Shown piece by piece: positions 23,967 to 38,194 of a DNA stretch of 64,000 nucleotides; position 1 is the first letter of the stretch; each line of letters begins with the position of its first letter. The stretch spans positions 1,054,001-1,118,000 of the forward strand of contig OX597816.1 of NCBI GenBank assembly GCA_951406725.2, written 5' to 3'. The notes beneath the pieces were generated by a model. It did not search any database, was not told the origin of the DNA, and worked only from the letters and a program-made list of their open reading frames with translations. The stretch comes from Octopus vulgaris (lineage: Eukaryota). The position numbers and the translations under genes were made by a program.

Positions 23967-26821
23967 AAGAAAGAAAGAGAGAGAGAGAGAGTATGTATTT
24001 ATAAAGGAATATACATGCTAAGTTTGTAATGTTATACAGCCCTTTAATGAAGTGTGGTCTTCTTCATTGTTTGCTCAAGAACAACACATGTGCCTGTGCG
24101 TGTGCACACTCACACATACACCCATACACACACACACACACACACACACTCACATCTAAAAATATCAGATTACTTTTGAATATATACCCTGTCTACCCAA
24201 GCAATGAATGGCCAACAACAATACCCCAAACACACCTATTAAACTGGGTATCAGCAGTCAAGCAACACCACAACTACAAAGCATTTAATTAAATTCATGT
24301 TCTGTGTGTTTGGCTGATTTTCATTCCCTTCCTTCTGAAAGTCATTCTGGTGGGACACTACCTCTCCACTGAAGCATGCATAATTTCCACTTAAAACCTC
24401 TCTCTGTCTGCTCTGAACCAATCTACAACTTCCGTTGAACTATTGAATATATATTAATTAGTTGGGTTTTTTTTATCATTTTGGAGTCAGATTTTTCTGA
24501 CAGCTTGTCAAATATGAAACCACTTCACCATTATGTTAGAATCCAAAAGCTCCCAAACTGCAGACATTTAATTATTTACTTATGGTTATATAAAAACCTG
24601 TTGAGCAGTCCTCATCTCTGCCATGAGATACCTCCTCATCTGCCATGACCATGGGTTAACTGGGAGGACCTGGGAATATACCAACAAATGGCAAATGCAG
24701 CAACACACTGCAACGGCAGCACATGTCCACCCCCTCATCTGACCCTTATATAGAAACCATACCAAAACAGACAGTAGAGTTTGGTGCAGTCCTCTGCCAG
24801 TTCCTGTCAAAGTGTCCAACTCATGCTGGCATCAAGAAGGTCATTAAACAACGATGGTGATGATGACAATGATCTATATTGACCAATTTCGAGCAGATAC
24901 CATCAAATTGCAGACTGGTTTCAGTTAGTGTCTTGGCTTAATACTATTTCACTCGTTTTTAGATTTACTGTGGATTTGAAACTTTAGTCTTCACATCAAT
25001 TTCCTTTTTGCACTTAAAACCAAATTGTTTCACCTGTCAAATTTGCCATCCTCTTAGGTCAGATAGAGGTGAATCCAGAAATGCCCATCCAATTCTACTT
25101 CCAGTGACCTAATTTGTCTTTAACACAAGTGTATATTCCCCAAACCTCTAAAAAAATGTTTTCTATGACTTCCAGGAATTTCCTTCTGCCAACTACAAAG
25201 TAATTTTGTTGACACTTAGTTCCCCCCCCCTCTCTCTCTCTATCTATCTATCTATCTTTCTTCCCCCTCTCTCCCCTCTCTCTTACACACACATACATGC
25301 ACTCATGTGCACTAACAAATTTCTTTTGCATGAATCTTGCACCCTTCACATTCTTCCGTCCACACTGTGGAAGACTACTTTAAGGAGTTGATGTGATATT
25401 TTCAATGTAAATAAACTGTCCTTCTCCAACTTGTCACAGTTGTGTAATTACATAACAATTCTATGATAAGTATAGACTATCTTTCATCAATTCATTTCAG
25501 TACATCCAGAAATAATCTGCTTGTGACATCTCACTTGTTACACATCTCTTTTCCATTGCCTCACACAGACATAAACGTCACACTTATTTTACCCTTCACA
25601 AATATATGTGTGACTCTTTATCTAAGAAACCAACATCAGTGGGTTTAATGGATTTGCTGTTTAGGCCCTCAGTGTATGGAGTCATCATCATCATCATCAT
25701 CATTTAACATCTGTCTTCCGTGTTGATCGGATGGTTGGATAGGTGCTGGCAAGCTCAGCAGCTGTCCTAGGTTCCAGTTGCCTGTTATGGCATGGTTTCT
25801 ATGGCTAGATGCCCTTCCTAACACTATTTCACAGAGTCTACCAGGTTCCTGTCGACATTGCACTGGTATGAGTGCTTTTTACATGACACCAACACGGGTG
25901 CTTTGCATGTGGCACTGGCACAAGTGCCTTTCACAGAGCACTGGTATGAGGGCTTCTTTTCTGGCCTTTTTACGTGGCACCAGCATGGGTGCCACTGCTT
26001 AACCCTTTGAACCTGCGACTACACTTTAGGAGACATAATTTCACTTGATTCAACCTTTTGAAGATGCGAAAGTGGCCAGCCATATAGTTTGCATTTATGA
26101 CTGAAAATAACAATCTTTCTGCCAATTATTGAGCCATAAACACAAAACCCTGTGGCTGCCCCACTCTTTTGAGGCTCCCAAGTTTATAGGCAAATGAAAT
26201 CATATCCACTAAAGCATGTTTACAGCATGTAAAGATTAAAATGAAATTGTTTGTATTATAAATGCTATTGAAAGCATCAAATTGGCAAAATTGTTAAAGA
26301 ATGGGATAAAAGGATTTGTAGTATATGTTGCAAACTTCTGTGCTCTGAGTTCAAATCTCACCAAGGTCATTCATCCTTTTAAGAGTCCATAAATAAAAGT
26401 AGTGATTCAGAGCTGAGGATTGTTGGAACTATGATGTCTGGTAGTATCTGTGGAGGTATTTTGCAATGCTTGTGATGACACTGGTAACAAGCTGTATCAG
26501 CCCAAGCCAGCAGTCCTTCCCTTGTATCAAGGCAGCTGGTAGTCAAGCTGGTACATACATGTGTAGGTACATGGTCAAAACTGACCAACAGAGAAAAGAC
26601 ATCAATAATGTTGCACATTTTCACTTTTATTCCTTTTTAAATCTGCTTTGTTTCTTTAAATAAGAAATATCTATACTGATTAGTTTTTGTTAATTAACTA
26701 GTTTTATTGTTTTCTTGATCCTATTTTAAAGGAAGACTAAATAAAATAGCATTAGGACATTTTACTTTTCTTTTTTGCTCTAACTGTTCTCGTCAATTTA
26801 ATTATTATCATATTGATTATA

Positions 26822-28086
26822 TTGCGTTGGCAACTAAGTTCCTGCGGTTTTTTTAAATTTTGGAATCTATTTTTTTCGAGAATTCTATTTTTGAATCATT
26901 TTGGAATATATTTTGTTTTTTTTTCCTAGTTAATTTTAGTTAATTTTTGTTTATTTTCAGATCATTAAAATGGAATGTCAAGTTAAGAAAAACGAGCATT
27001 TTTGACACCTCTTTCTGTTTGCTTTTAATCAAGGTTCTAAGGCCGCAAAAGCTGCTCGTGACATTTGTGCTGTGTATGGAAAGGGTGCCATAGCTGAAAG
27101 AACTGCTAGTATGATTGGTATGCCAAGTTCAAAAATGGAAATTTTGACCTCAAAGATGCACACCTAGTTCTGGCCATCCCGTTGAGTTCGATGAAGAGTG
27201 ATTAAACCAACTTTTGCACAAAAATTCTCGTCAAACGACAAGGGAACTGGCAGAAAAAATGGAATGCTCCTACACTGCTATAGAGAAGCATCTTCACTCG
27301 ATGGGAAAGGTTCAGAAGTATGGAGCATGGGTTCCGTATGCTTTAAGTGAAAACTACAAAAATCAATGAGCCACAGTCTCCACTGGTTTGCTTGCTCGTC
27401 ACCGCTCAACTCATGGATACAAGCAACGATTTCTTTACCGAATCTTTACTGGTAATGAAAAATGGTGCCTGTACAGTAATGTGAAGCAGTGTAAGGAATG
27501 GCTTTGCCCCGGTAAACAAGCGACACCGTGCATGAAACAAGATTTTCATCCGCATAAAACGATGGTGCGACTGGGAAGGAATTATCCATTAGAAATTGCT
27601 TGAACGGAACCAAACAGTCAACATAGAACTCTATGTTCAACAGATGGAACAACACAACACGGCTATTCAAGAGAAGAGACCTAATCGGCCAACATTGAGT
27701 TCTTCTGTTGCATGACAATGCCCACCTTCATATCGCCAATATGACCAAGGAAGACATTCAAACGCATGGCTGGGAAGTGCTGCCACACCCGCCATACTCT
27801 CCTGATTTGGCACCAACGGATTTCCACCTCTTTCGATCTCTTTCAAATGCTATGCATGGGGTTTTGTTCAATACTGATGCAGAATCGAGAGCTTGGTTGG
27901 ATCAATTTTTCAAGTCGAAATCAGGTGATTTCTACCAACGAAGTATTGAAAATCTTGTTGAACGTTAGGAAGAAGTTGTAAACCATAAGGGTGAATACAT
28001 TATTGATTAACTGGTTGTTATTTTTTATTAAACCTTTTAAAAAATTTTAATTTAAAAAATTGGTGGGAACTTAGTTGCCAACCCAA
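26822..28086 (+). mobile_element. Full-length mariner (DD34D) element, transposase 26970-28010 inactivated
   Basis: TA|TTGCGTTGGCAACTAAGTTCC ... GGAACTTAGTTGCCAACCCAA|TA; 1265 bp. Motifs WVPYAL, TGNEKW, HDNA, HPPYSPDLAPTDFHLF; several stops and frameshifts. Confidence 0.97.
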
Positions 28087-28139
28087 TATTGATTATTTGT
28101 ATTGATATATATTCATTAATATCTGTGATTGATAATTTC

Positions 28140-29905
28140 CAGTAAGACATCTGCAGAAGAAATACCTAGCCAAAGATGAACTGATGTACTTTGCTTTCTT
28201 TGACATGGAGAAAGCCTTTAATAAGGTCCCCCGATCCCTTATCTTGTGGTCAATGAGGAAACCAGGGATAGATGAGTGGTTAGTGAGAGCTGTACAAGCC
28301 ATGTACAGGGATGCTGTCAGTAAGGTGAGGGTTAGCAACAAGTACACTGAAGAATTCCGGGTAGGGGTAGGGGTCTACCACGGATCAGTCCTCAGGCCCC
28401 TCTTATTCATCATAGTCCTCCAGGCAATAACAGAGGTATTTCAAGACAGGATGCCCCTGAGAACTCCTCTATGCCAATGACCTTGTTCTAATTGCTGAGT
28501 CACTATCAGAACGAGAGAAGTTTCAGGTGTGGAAGTAAGGTCTAGACTAGAAGGCCCTTAGAATCAATCTAGCAAAAATCAAAGTCTTAGTAAGTAAGAA
28601 GGCAGACAAATCACAAATCCCTTCAGGTAGATGGCCCTGCTTGATATGTAGAAAAGGTGCAAGTAGAAGCTCCATACGATGTACCCAGTTTAAGCTATGG
28701 ACACACAAGAGGTGCAGTAATGTCAAAGGAAGGCTAACAGGGAAGACAGTTTTTGTGTGTGGCAAATGCATAGGGGCAATAAATACTGAAAATGTGCAGA
28801 GAACAGCTTCCATCACATGCCAGGAGGAAAAACTACAAGTAGTTGACCAAGTCAGTAGCGGGGGCAGGTGTGCTGAAGTGTAACTGCTAGAGTAAGAATA
28901 GCCAGGGCAAAGTTCAGAGAGCTCCTACCTCTGCTGGTAACAAAGAGCCTCTCACTCAGAGTGAAAGGTAGACTGTATGACGCATGTGTGCAAACAGCCA
29001 TGCTACATGGCAGTGAAACATGGACCATGACTGCTAAGGACATGTGTAAGCTTGAAAGAAATGAAGCTAGTATGCTCCACTGGATGTGTAATGTCAGTGT
29101 GTATACGTGAACAGAGTGTAAGGGCCCTGAGAGAAAAACTGGACATAACAAGCATCAGATTTGGTGTGCAAAAGAGATGACTGAGCTAGTATGGTCATGT
29201 GTTACGTGTGGATGAGGACAGCTTTGTGAAGAAGTGTGTCACACCCTAACAGTGGAGGGAACCTGTGGAAGAGGTAGATCCAGGAAGACCTGGGAAGAGG
29301 TGGTGAAGCACAACCTTCGAACGTTGGGTCTCATGGAGGCAATATCAAGCAACTGGGACCTTTGGAGATATGCTGTGCTTGAGAAGACCTGGCAAGCCAA
29401 GTGAGACTGTACCATGGCCTATGCAAGTGTTGCACAATTGGCCCATCATTGGGCAATAAACTGTTCTTGAGAAGAGGTATTGAGTCAAGTGAAATCATTG
29501 TCGTGGCCAATGCCAGTACTGCCTGACTAGCAGCCATACTAGTGGCACATAAAAAACACCATTTGAGCATGGTCAATGCCAGTCCCACCGGACTGGCTCC
29601 CATGCTGGTGGCACATAAAATGCACCATATGAACGACGTGGTCGATGCCAGTGCTTCTTAACTGCCCCATGCTGGAGGCACATAAAAAGCACCATTTGAA
29701 CATGGTTGTTACCAATGCTACCTGACTGGCTCCTGTGCCAATGGCACATATAAAGCACCATCTGAGCTTGGTTGATGCCAGTACCACCTGACTGACACTC
29801 ATGTCGGTGGCACATAAAAGGCACCCACTGCACTCTCAGAGTGGTTGGCATTAGGAAGAGCATCCAGCTGTAGAAACCTTGCTAGATCAGATTGGAGCCT
29901 GGTGT
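28140..29905 (+). mobile_element. 5'-truncated RTE LINE: RT, Cys-rich insert, C-terminus and 3' UTR with ~60-bp repeats
   Basis: FFDMEKAFNKVP, YHGSVLRPLLF, LHGSETW, GRGRSRKTW. The UTR has repeated GGCACATAAAAAGCACCAT units then GTGGTTGGCATTAGGAAGAGCATCCAGC. Confidence 0.93.
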
Positions 29906-29998
29906 AGAACTTAAATGAAGTGAACAGTCCTCAATTCTACATTGAAAATAAGACATTGAGCAGTGAGTTTCTTTCCTGATAATATTTACTATTACAAA

Positions 29999-30165
29999 TG
30001 CAGCAAGCTGGCAGAAACCTTAGCACACCAGGCGAAATGCTTAGCGGTATTTCATCTGTCTTTATGTTCTGAGTTCAAATTCATCCTTTTGGGGTCGATA
30101 AATTAAGTACTAGTTGTGAATTGGAGTAAAAAATTTCGGGCCTTGTGCCTAGAGTAGAAAAGAAT
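29999..30165 (+). mobile_element. SINE family A, internally deleted (another copy ~30590-30768, minus)
   Basis: GCAAGCTGGCAGAAAC...TTCTGAGTTCAAATT CATCCTTTTGGGGTCGATAAATTAAGTAC. Confidence 0.75.
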
Positions 30166-31099
30166 AGTTACTATTACAGCCATATCTCTTTGAAGATGGT
30201 GATTTATCTAAAGAGCAAGTGGTTTCTTACAGTTTTGATGGTCAGCTTTGTTAAGGTGATGGTCAGCCGTTGGAAAGCCATAAATTTGACTTTTAAAGAG
30301 AGACTGGTATAATAGTAAAAAGTTATTCTTCTTCTTACCTATTGGTACCTTTGTGTAGTTATGTGGCCTGTGCCAGTATTTAGTAGTTTTTGAATGGAAA
30401 TAAAATAGCAATTGTGTCAGGGTAATACAATTTCAACAAGCTGCAATGCCTGATGTGTGTGTGTGTATTGTTTTGCTTTAGGTCCTTGAGTCCTATTGGA
30501 ATCAAATACGTGTAATCATGACATAAAAAGTCTTTTTGGTATTGTTAAGCTTCATGGGGCCCATTTTCCTCCTGGAGAGAGAGGGGGGAGGGGGAGAAGG
30601 AGAAGAATTGACCCCAGCACAGGACAGGTACATTATTTCATGATCCTCCAAAAAGATGAGCGACAAATTTGATCTTGTGGGATTTGAACTTGCAAAGAGG
30701 AGAGATGGAATGAATACAGCAAAGTATTTTATCTGCCTCTCCAGCCACTCTGCTAGTTTGCCACCTTCTGAGTATATATATGTATGTATGTATGCATGTA
30801 TGTAAACATGCATATATGCATATAAATATGTATGCAGCTACATATGTTTATATAGATGTATGTATATTTGTATAAATATATATATATATGTATGCATATA
30901 TGTTTGCATATGCATTGCTTGTATGCCAATATATATGTATGTATACATGTGCACATTTATGTACGCAGGTATGAATGTATATATGTGTGCATGCATGTAT
31001 ATTCACTCACACACCCATCGATCACAGATTGTTTATGAGTGAAATCAGATCAGATATTGCTGTCATAACAAATTCCATTCAATCAACCATAATAATAAT

Positions 31100-33030
31100 A
31101 ATAAAAAACAATGTTATTGATTGTGGAAATGTCGATAACTTCATTACTTTTTTTAAAAGGTGTCAACACGCATCCGTCTGATGTTCTTTTCTTTCTTATA
31201 TTGTGCACATATTTGTTCCCATGTAAGCTCATACATCAGCAAATACATGTCTGACGACATTGGGAAAACAGCTTTGACAGTCACTTTGATGCAGGGCATT
31301 ATTTCAGCACAGAAATATATGCTGCATTGATTTTAGTCCCCTTTTTCGTTTCACACAAGCAATTTTTTAAATATTTGCTAATTACTTCATTCATATTTAC
31401 TTACCACTTATTCAATCAACACACGATTGATGGAGAATTAAATTTAAGATCCCAACAAGCTGATTCCACAATCCAGTTTTGATTCCCAGTTTTGATTCCC
31501 TCCTCCACTGTTCATTTATGTCACTAATGCACTTGGATATTATGTAAATGTCTGAAATCCATTTCTCACACCACTTCACCCTCTCCGCCATAAAACAAAC
31601 TTAAGAAACTGATTTTTGGTGGGGATGGTCATACATATTGCCAATAAAACCACCAGCAGTGTGGTCCTCCTATAAAAACAATTTCCATCTCAACTCATTT
31701 CACATCAAGAACCTTACAAAACAAATGCAAAAATGAAGTTGGTTTCTGTTTTGAGTTGGGAGAACCCAACTAGGGCTGTAATTAAGATCAATCCCAATGC
31801 AGGACTCTTTTGTTTTCTCAATGAATGAAAAAGAAGCTAATGAATTCGTATATAAAAGAGTCTGCATATCCTGAGACCTCATGCCAAATCTTTGAAGTAT
31901 TTGTCACAAGACCAGTTGGTTTATTTTATTGAATGGCTTGAATGGTGTCAATAAAAAAACTATACAATGCCTTGTTTTGTTCCACTCATTTCCTGGATTT
32001 GTCGGAGGTAGAGCACCATATCCATTATGCTTATCCTTCTGACCCCACATTGGGTTACTACAGTTAGGGCTACTATGGTTTTCTCATTTAATCTGTTGCA
32101 ATAATCTTGCAAGGGGTTCACTGATTATATTATGAAGAGAAATCTTTCAATAATTCCCATAATTATTCTTGTTACCCTTTTTGAATACTGGGATGATGCG
32201 AGCATCTTTTCCACTCTTTTCTGGTTTCATCAACCTTCCATGATTTCAGTATCAACTGATGGAGATATCTAATATGTATATTTTCCATTCTTTTATACTA
32301 CTGCTAGCTCCCTATTCAATTCTGGTGCCCTTTTATCTGACAGTGCCCTTGTTGCACCCAACACTTTCAGTTTACGGATTTAGTTGTGTCAAACAATGAA
32401 ATACAAAAACCAGAATTATGTTACATTCTCATTGCCTGCTTTATTGTGTTTCCTGCTATTCCAAAGCTTCTTCAACCATATCAACTCTTTCCAGAATGAC
32501 CCTTATACTCCTATTTGTCAACTGATCTGTCACCATTTTAAAGGGATTGGAAGAGGTCTGGTTCCACTTGAAGACAACTGTGAAAACTATCTTCAATTGA
32601 AATATCAGATGTTCTCTGCAACAGTTTGTCCTTCTCGTTCCCTGCCTAACGTATATCACTTCTCTCTTGCTACTTAATTATGATACAGTGTAAGAGATTC
32701 CAGTGATTCAACTGTAATTACATCCAAGTCACTTTGTCCTTCTGTTTGAAAACAGTATTTGTAATGACGAAACAATGCCCAGAGTTCAAAGTCAGAAGTT
32801 CCTCATTTGAATTGCATCATAAATATTTGTCATTAACACCAGGCCATCTCTCTGTTTCTTGTCTAAAGTGGGTATTAAAATCACCCATTATTATCAGATT
32901 GTATCCCTGAGGTACACTGTATAGGGTTAAAATGCTTTAACCTCAGCAAGATGGGTCAATATTTGAGCTTAAACACCCATTGAGGTGAGAGCATGTTTTG
33001 CCAGTGGAAACTCTGAATCTTGTTATCTAG
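31100..33030 (-). pseudogene. Old, heavily decayed RTE-like LINE (EN plus RT)
   Basis: Minus-strand fragments IIMGDFN, VITNTVFKQK, KDARIIPVFKKGNK..YGNY*KISL, TGL*QILQRFG. Confidence 0.65.
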
Positions 33031-33204
33031 TCACTAATAGCAGTAAGTCAAAACAACAACAACAATAGTAATAAGGATAATAATTCTTTCAAATCTTGGT
33101 ACAAGGTTAGTAATTGTAGGGGGAAAGAGCAAGTTGATTATATTGACCCACTACCTTATGTATACTTTATTTTATGAAGCTCACAGAGGCAAAGTGATTG
33201 AATT

Positions 33205-33530
33205 CCTTTCAAGTGTTGGGCCTCACAGAGGCAATGACATTATGTTGTGCTCAAGAAGAAGGCCTATCAAGCCAGCCAAGCAAAATCGCACTTGTGGCAG
33301 CTACCAGTGTCACACAAATTGACACCCCAATGTCGTACAAATGGCAGGTAGCATATAAAAGCATCCATCACATTCTCAGAGTGGTTGGCATTAGGAAGGG
33401 CATTCAGCCATAGAAAACCATGCCAAATCAGAATGGAGTCTGATGCAGCCTTCCAGTGTGCCAGCCCAGTTAAACTGTCCAACCCATGCCAGCATGGACA
33501 ATGGACATTAAATGATGATGATGATGATGA
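33205..33530 (+). mobile_element. RTE LINE 3' end (ORF end, UTR, (GAT)n); further UTR-only copies ~16598-16775, 24750-24870, 25682-25990, 34160-34365, 36338-36656
   Basis: TTGGGCCTCACAGAGGCAATG (ORF end) is contiguous with GGTTGGCATTAGGAAGGGCATTCAGC and TTAAATGATGATGAT. Confidence 0.75.
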
Positions 33531-34102
33531 ACCTCGAAAGGATGAAAGGCAAATTGAACTCAGAGGGATTTGAACTGAGAAAGTAAACGAATTTCAGAAG
33601 GTGGGGAATGTGAAAATTGGTTGAAAATCTGATAAACTTTCTTGCAATATTTGGTTACACCATTTGATGTTCAGATTCCTAAATTCCACCAGAATTGACT
33701 TTGCCATTTATCCTTGTGGATTTGATTCCATTTTGTCTTCCTCCCTGCCACTCCATTTATGGCCTTGTGCCAGGGCTTAGAAATCTTTATGAGTAAATCT
33801 TCTGTCTAACAAATAACAATGAATTGAAAAGGAAAGAAATGTCACATTCCAAGGAAAATGGAAGTGAAATTAATAATTCAGGAATTGAAAAGTGGAGGGA
33901 GCCTCTAGATGGTCCTGCTAGAAATAGGAGCCAAATTTCTTTCAAGTGAAATCTGCTGTCTTAAAGCAACAAAGAGGAAACATTGAATGAAAGTTGCAGA
34001 TAATACAATGCTTGCAGAAAGAAATTGAATGGTCAGCCTTCCAATTCCATTTGAAAGGATAAACAAGTTGTATACCAAAGAGTGTTCAGGATTAATCTCA
34101 CA

Positions 34103-34159
<57 letters not shown>

Positions 34160-34764
34160 CATCATCATCATCATCATCATCATCATTGTCGTTGTCGTTT
34201 AATGTCTGTTTTCCATGCTGGTGTGAGTTGAACAATTTGACTGGGGACTGGCAAGCCAGAAGGCTGCACCAGGCTCCAATCCAATCTGGCAAGGTTTCTA
34301 CAGCTGGATGCCCTTCCTAATGCCATCCACTCCGAGAGTGTAGTGGGTACTTCTTACATACCACACACATATATATATAGTGTGTGTGTGTGTGTGTGTG
34401 AGAGGGAGAGAGAGAGAGAGGTGTGTGAAGAGAAAGAGAGAATGTGATATAGCTTTCCACCTAGAATTATAAAGGGTAGCGTGTGTAATCCCTTCTCTGG
34501 TATGTACACAATATACTGACATCAGTTGAGTTAGAATAGGTAAAGCTACAGACAAAATGTCTGCATTATTTAACAACAGCTCATTAAGTTCTGAGTTCAG
34601 AACTTACTGAAGTCAATGTTTCTATCCTTTCTTTCAGAGTATATCGATTGCAGTGCCAGCCAAGCACAGGATTGAATTACCATCTCTATAAAGCATGTCA
34701 GACATGAATGGAATTTAAATCAAAGGCAAAATTCAAAGATAAGATACACTTATGTCAGAAAGAC

Positions 34765-35425
34765 AATTTGACAGAAGTGCAGTTGGTCAGATGGTCAGTT
34801 GCACACAAGGCCCGTTGGACAGATGGCACATGGGAGAAAGGACCCACTGGAAAGGAGGCACATTGGACACATGTACAACTGGACAAGAGTTACATAAAAC
34901 AGAAGAACCATTTGATAGAATGCATGTTGTATAGGAGACACGTTAGCCAGAAGATTCATTGTATAGATGGCAAGTTGGATAGAAGGGTTACTGGACAAAA
35001 GGGCCGTTGGACAGAAGGGTCATTGGACCTGAAGGCTCCGAAATGTCATTGGACAGAAAGCCATTAGCAAGAATGTATATTGGACAGAAGGATAGTTGTA
35101 CAAAGGAGTTTAGATAGCAGGATCTTTGGAGGTAAGGTAAGCTGGACAAGAGCTGTGCTGGACAGAAAATACATTGGCCACAAAACTCATTGACAAGAAA
35201 GTACGTTGGACAGAATGCACAGTGGACAAAAGACACGGTGGACAGAATTCACAGTGGACAGAAGTTCCGCTGGACTGAAATCTCATTGGAGAGAAATCTC
35301 CTCAGGATATTAATCCTGTTGGCCAAAAGGTTTGTTAGACAGAAGACTTGTTTGACAGAAAGCTTGGTAGATAGAAGGTCTGTTGCATAGAAACCCCTAG
35401 GACATAAAGGCAAATGGTCGGAAAA
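34765..35425. repeat. Degenerate 16-bp-period minisatellite (core TTGGACAGAA)
   Basis: TGGA cores at 34976, 34992, 35008, 35024 and at 35207, 35223, 35239, 35255, 35271, 35287. Confidence 0.85.
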
Positions 35426-35839
35426 TCTGGTAAAAATATGTAACGTCCTTAAAATAGTCTAGGTCTTAGTTTGATATAAATTTCATAAATGTATTTAGCC
35501 AATATACAAATCAGTCATTTTCAAATACTGACGCATTAAAAAAAACACAAAAACTATCAGGCAAATAAACTTATGGCTGCTCAAATGCACACAGACACAT
35601 GCATTCCATAGTTTGTTAAATATATTCATGATCTTCAAGGGTGAAATGTACCTGTCATAACTCCAGTGTCAGCAGTGATAAGTGAATGAGAGACAAATCT
35701 ATAACGGACAAATATTCACAGAAGTTCTACCAGACTTCCTGAAGTGAGATGCTTAGCTGAAGGAACAATAAAGTGCCCCACTGCCAGTCACATCCTATTA
35801 CTAATAGTGAATATGATCTCCTGATCCTTGTAGATGGAG

Positions 35840-36110
35840 TCTTATACTATGCCCACTCAGTTAGTGTCCATTTTGTTATATGTTTATAGCAGGAGGCAGA
35901 GAGCTGCATGCCTTTCCTCACCTTGATGACCTTGATGTTGTCATACTTATCCGACCAGATGAGGTGAAACCTGGGGTGGAAGGCAGCAGCCAGCTGGCAT
36001 TTCTCATCCTCCAGGAAGGTCATAAACCTTTTGATAATGCCTGCCAAAAGTGCAAGGATCAAGGGGTTGCTGTAGACAAGGCCCAAAAGTCCATTGCAGC
36101 AACCTGAGTT
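35840..36110 (-). pseudogene. hAT-like transposase fragment
   Basis: LILALLAGIIKRF...CQLAAAFHPRFHLIW resembles the hAT A..LDPRFK..W motif. Confidence 0.5.
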
Positions 36111-36290
36111 AACAGAAGTTAAATGTAATGGAAGTAAATTAATCTGATAATGATTTCCAAAGTTAACTTAAAACTTAAATTGTTAACGAAAATGTTAATT
36201 TCGTTAATTAATGATTAACAGATTGACGGTTTGGTGCTCAGGTTTGTATTTCATATATCTAATTTGTTTCTCTGCATTATTGGCCCCTCG

Positions 36291-36321
<31 letters not shown>

Positions 36322-36653
36322 ATATATATATATATATCGCCTGGCCCCCGTGCCGGTAGCACGTAAAAAGCACCATCCGACCATGGCCGTTTGCCAGCCC
36401 CGTCTGGCACCTGTGCCGGTAGCACGTAAAAAGCACCATCCGACCATGGCCGTTTGCCAGCCCCGTCTGGCACCTGTGCTGGTGGCACGTAAAAAGCACC
36501 CACTACACTCTCGGAGTGGTTGGCGTTAGGAAGGGCATCCAGCCGTAGAAACATCGCCAGATCAGACTGGGCCTGGTGCAGCCTTCTGGCTTCCCAGACC
36601 CCAGTTGAACCGTCCAACCCATGCTAGCATGGAAAGCGGACGCTAAATGATGA

Positions 36654-36734
<81 letters not shown>

Positions 36735-36835
36735 CTTAGAAAAGGATGCGTGGCGTTCGATCATATAATAATATAAATAATATATAAATATATGCGTACA
36801 TATATATGATGTATATATACATGCATATATGTATT

Positions 36836-37062
36836 TCTTTACTGCCCACAAGGGGCTAAACATAGAGGGGACAAACAAGGACAGACAAAGGGAATAAGTT
36901 GATTACATCAACCCCAGTGCGTAACTGGTACTTAATTTATCGACCCCGAAAGGATGAAAGGCAAAGTCGACCTCGGCGGAATTTGAACTCAGAACGTAAC
37001 GACAGACGAAATACCGCTAAGCATTTCGCCCAGCGCGCTAACGATTCTGCCAGCTCGCCGCC
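36836..37062 (-). mobile_element. tRNA-derived SINE family A, full length (other copies 39221-39440, 53080-53185, tandem pair 54106-54540)
   Basis: Minus strand GGCGGCGAGCTGGCAGAATCG (A-box), GAGTTCAAATTCC (B-box), central GCCTTTCATCCTTTCGGGGTCGATAAATTAAGTACCAG domain. Confidence 0.88.
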
Positions 37063-37089
37063 TATACATGCATATATATATATACATGC

Positions 37090-37322
37090 ATATATGGGTA
37101 CAGGACATCAAAAAAACGTTGAACACATTGAAAAACATAGAAACGAACTTTTTTTCAACAACGAAAAAAACAAAAAACAAAGAGAAAAACGAGACATACA
37201 ACATAAAGAATATTCCCCTTCTTCAGTTGTCACTGTTTCAACTACTCCGCATTTCGAAGGCAAAGACAAGACACAACTTCGTTGAAACAATCCCTCCCAC
37301 AAAGCAATTTAAATAAAATTTA
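37090..37322 (-). mobile_element. Unclassified interspersed repeat (also 51055-51308 in the same orientation and 55490-55790 inverted)
   Basis: Shared TGGGTACA(G/A)GACAT.AAAAAACGT.GAACACA...CTTCTTCAGTTGTC...GACAAGAC...TTGAAACA..CC.TCCC.CAAAGCAA. Confidence 0.7.
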
Positions 37323-37881
37323 TAGAGAAGGTAGATATAATAGACAAAGATGTGGATTTAAATTTTAAGAACATTTGAGGTAGTGGAGCTTATCAACTGA
37401 CTGACTAAAATTCAGTTGCTCCGAACCACTGTAAGGTTCTGAGAGGAAAGGACAAATGAAAGGAGACAACAAAGATTTTCTATTTTGTTGTCACACACAC
37501 ACACACACACATTCTTTTATTTTTTTCAGTCATTTGATTGTAGCTATGCTGGAGCATTGCCTTGAAGGGTTTAGTCGAGCAAACTGATCCCAAGACTTAT
37601 TCTTAAAGCCTAGTACTAATTCTATCGGTCTCTTTGCCGAACTGCTAGTTTACGGGGACGTAAACACAAGCAGTGATGGGGACAGAGACACAAAGACTCA
37701 CTCTCACGTGCGCGCACATTGTATGTATGTATATATATATATATATATATATATGCCTTACGCAGGTGTCTTCTACTGTAGCCTTGTGAGTGTATTTGGT
37801 AGATGGAAACTGAATGAAGCCACGGAGAGTGAGACTGAACCCGGAACTATGCGGTTGGGAAGCAAGCTTCTTAAAACAGCC

Positions 37882-38039
<158 letters not shown>

Positions 38040-38090
38040 CTTCTCTAGATGTGATTTCTATATTCTCCTGTCTATCTTCTAAGCTATTAG

Positions 38091-38194
<104 letters not shown>

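Noticed and set aside
36980-37062. tRNA gene
   Set aside because: A/B boxes belong to a multi-copy SINE head; no complete cloverleaf evident.
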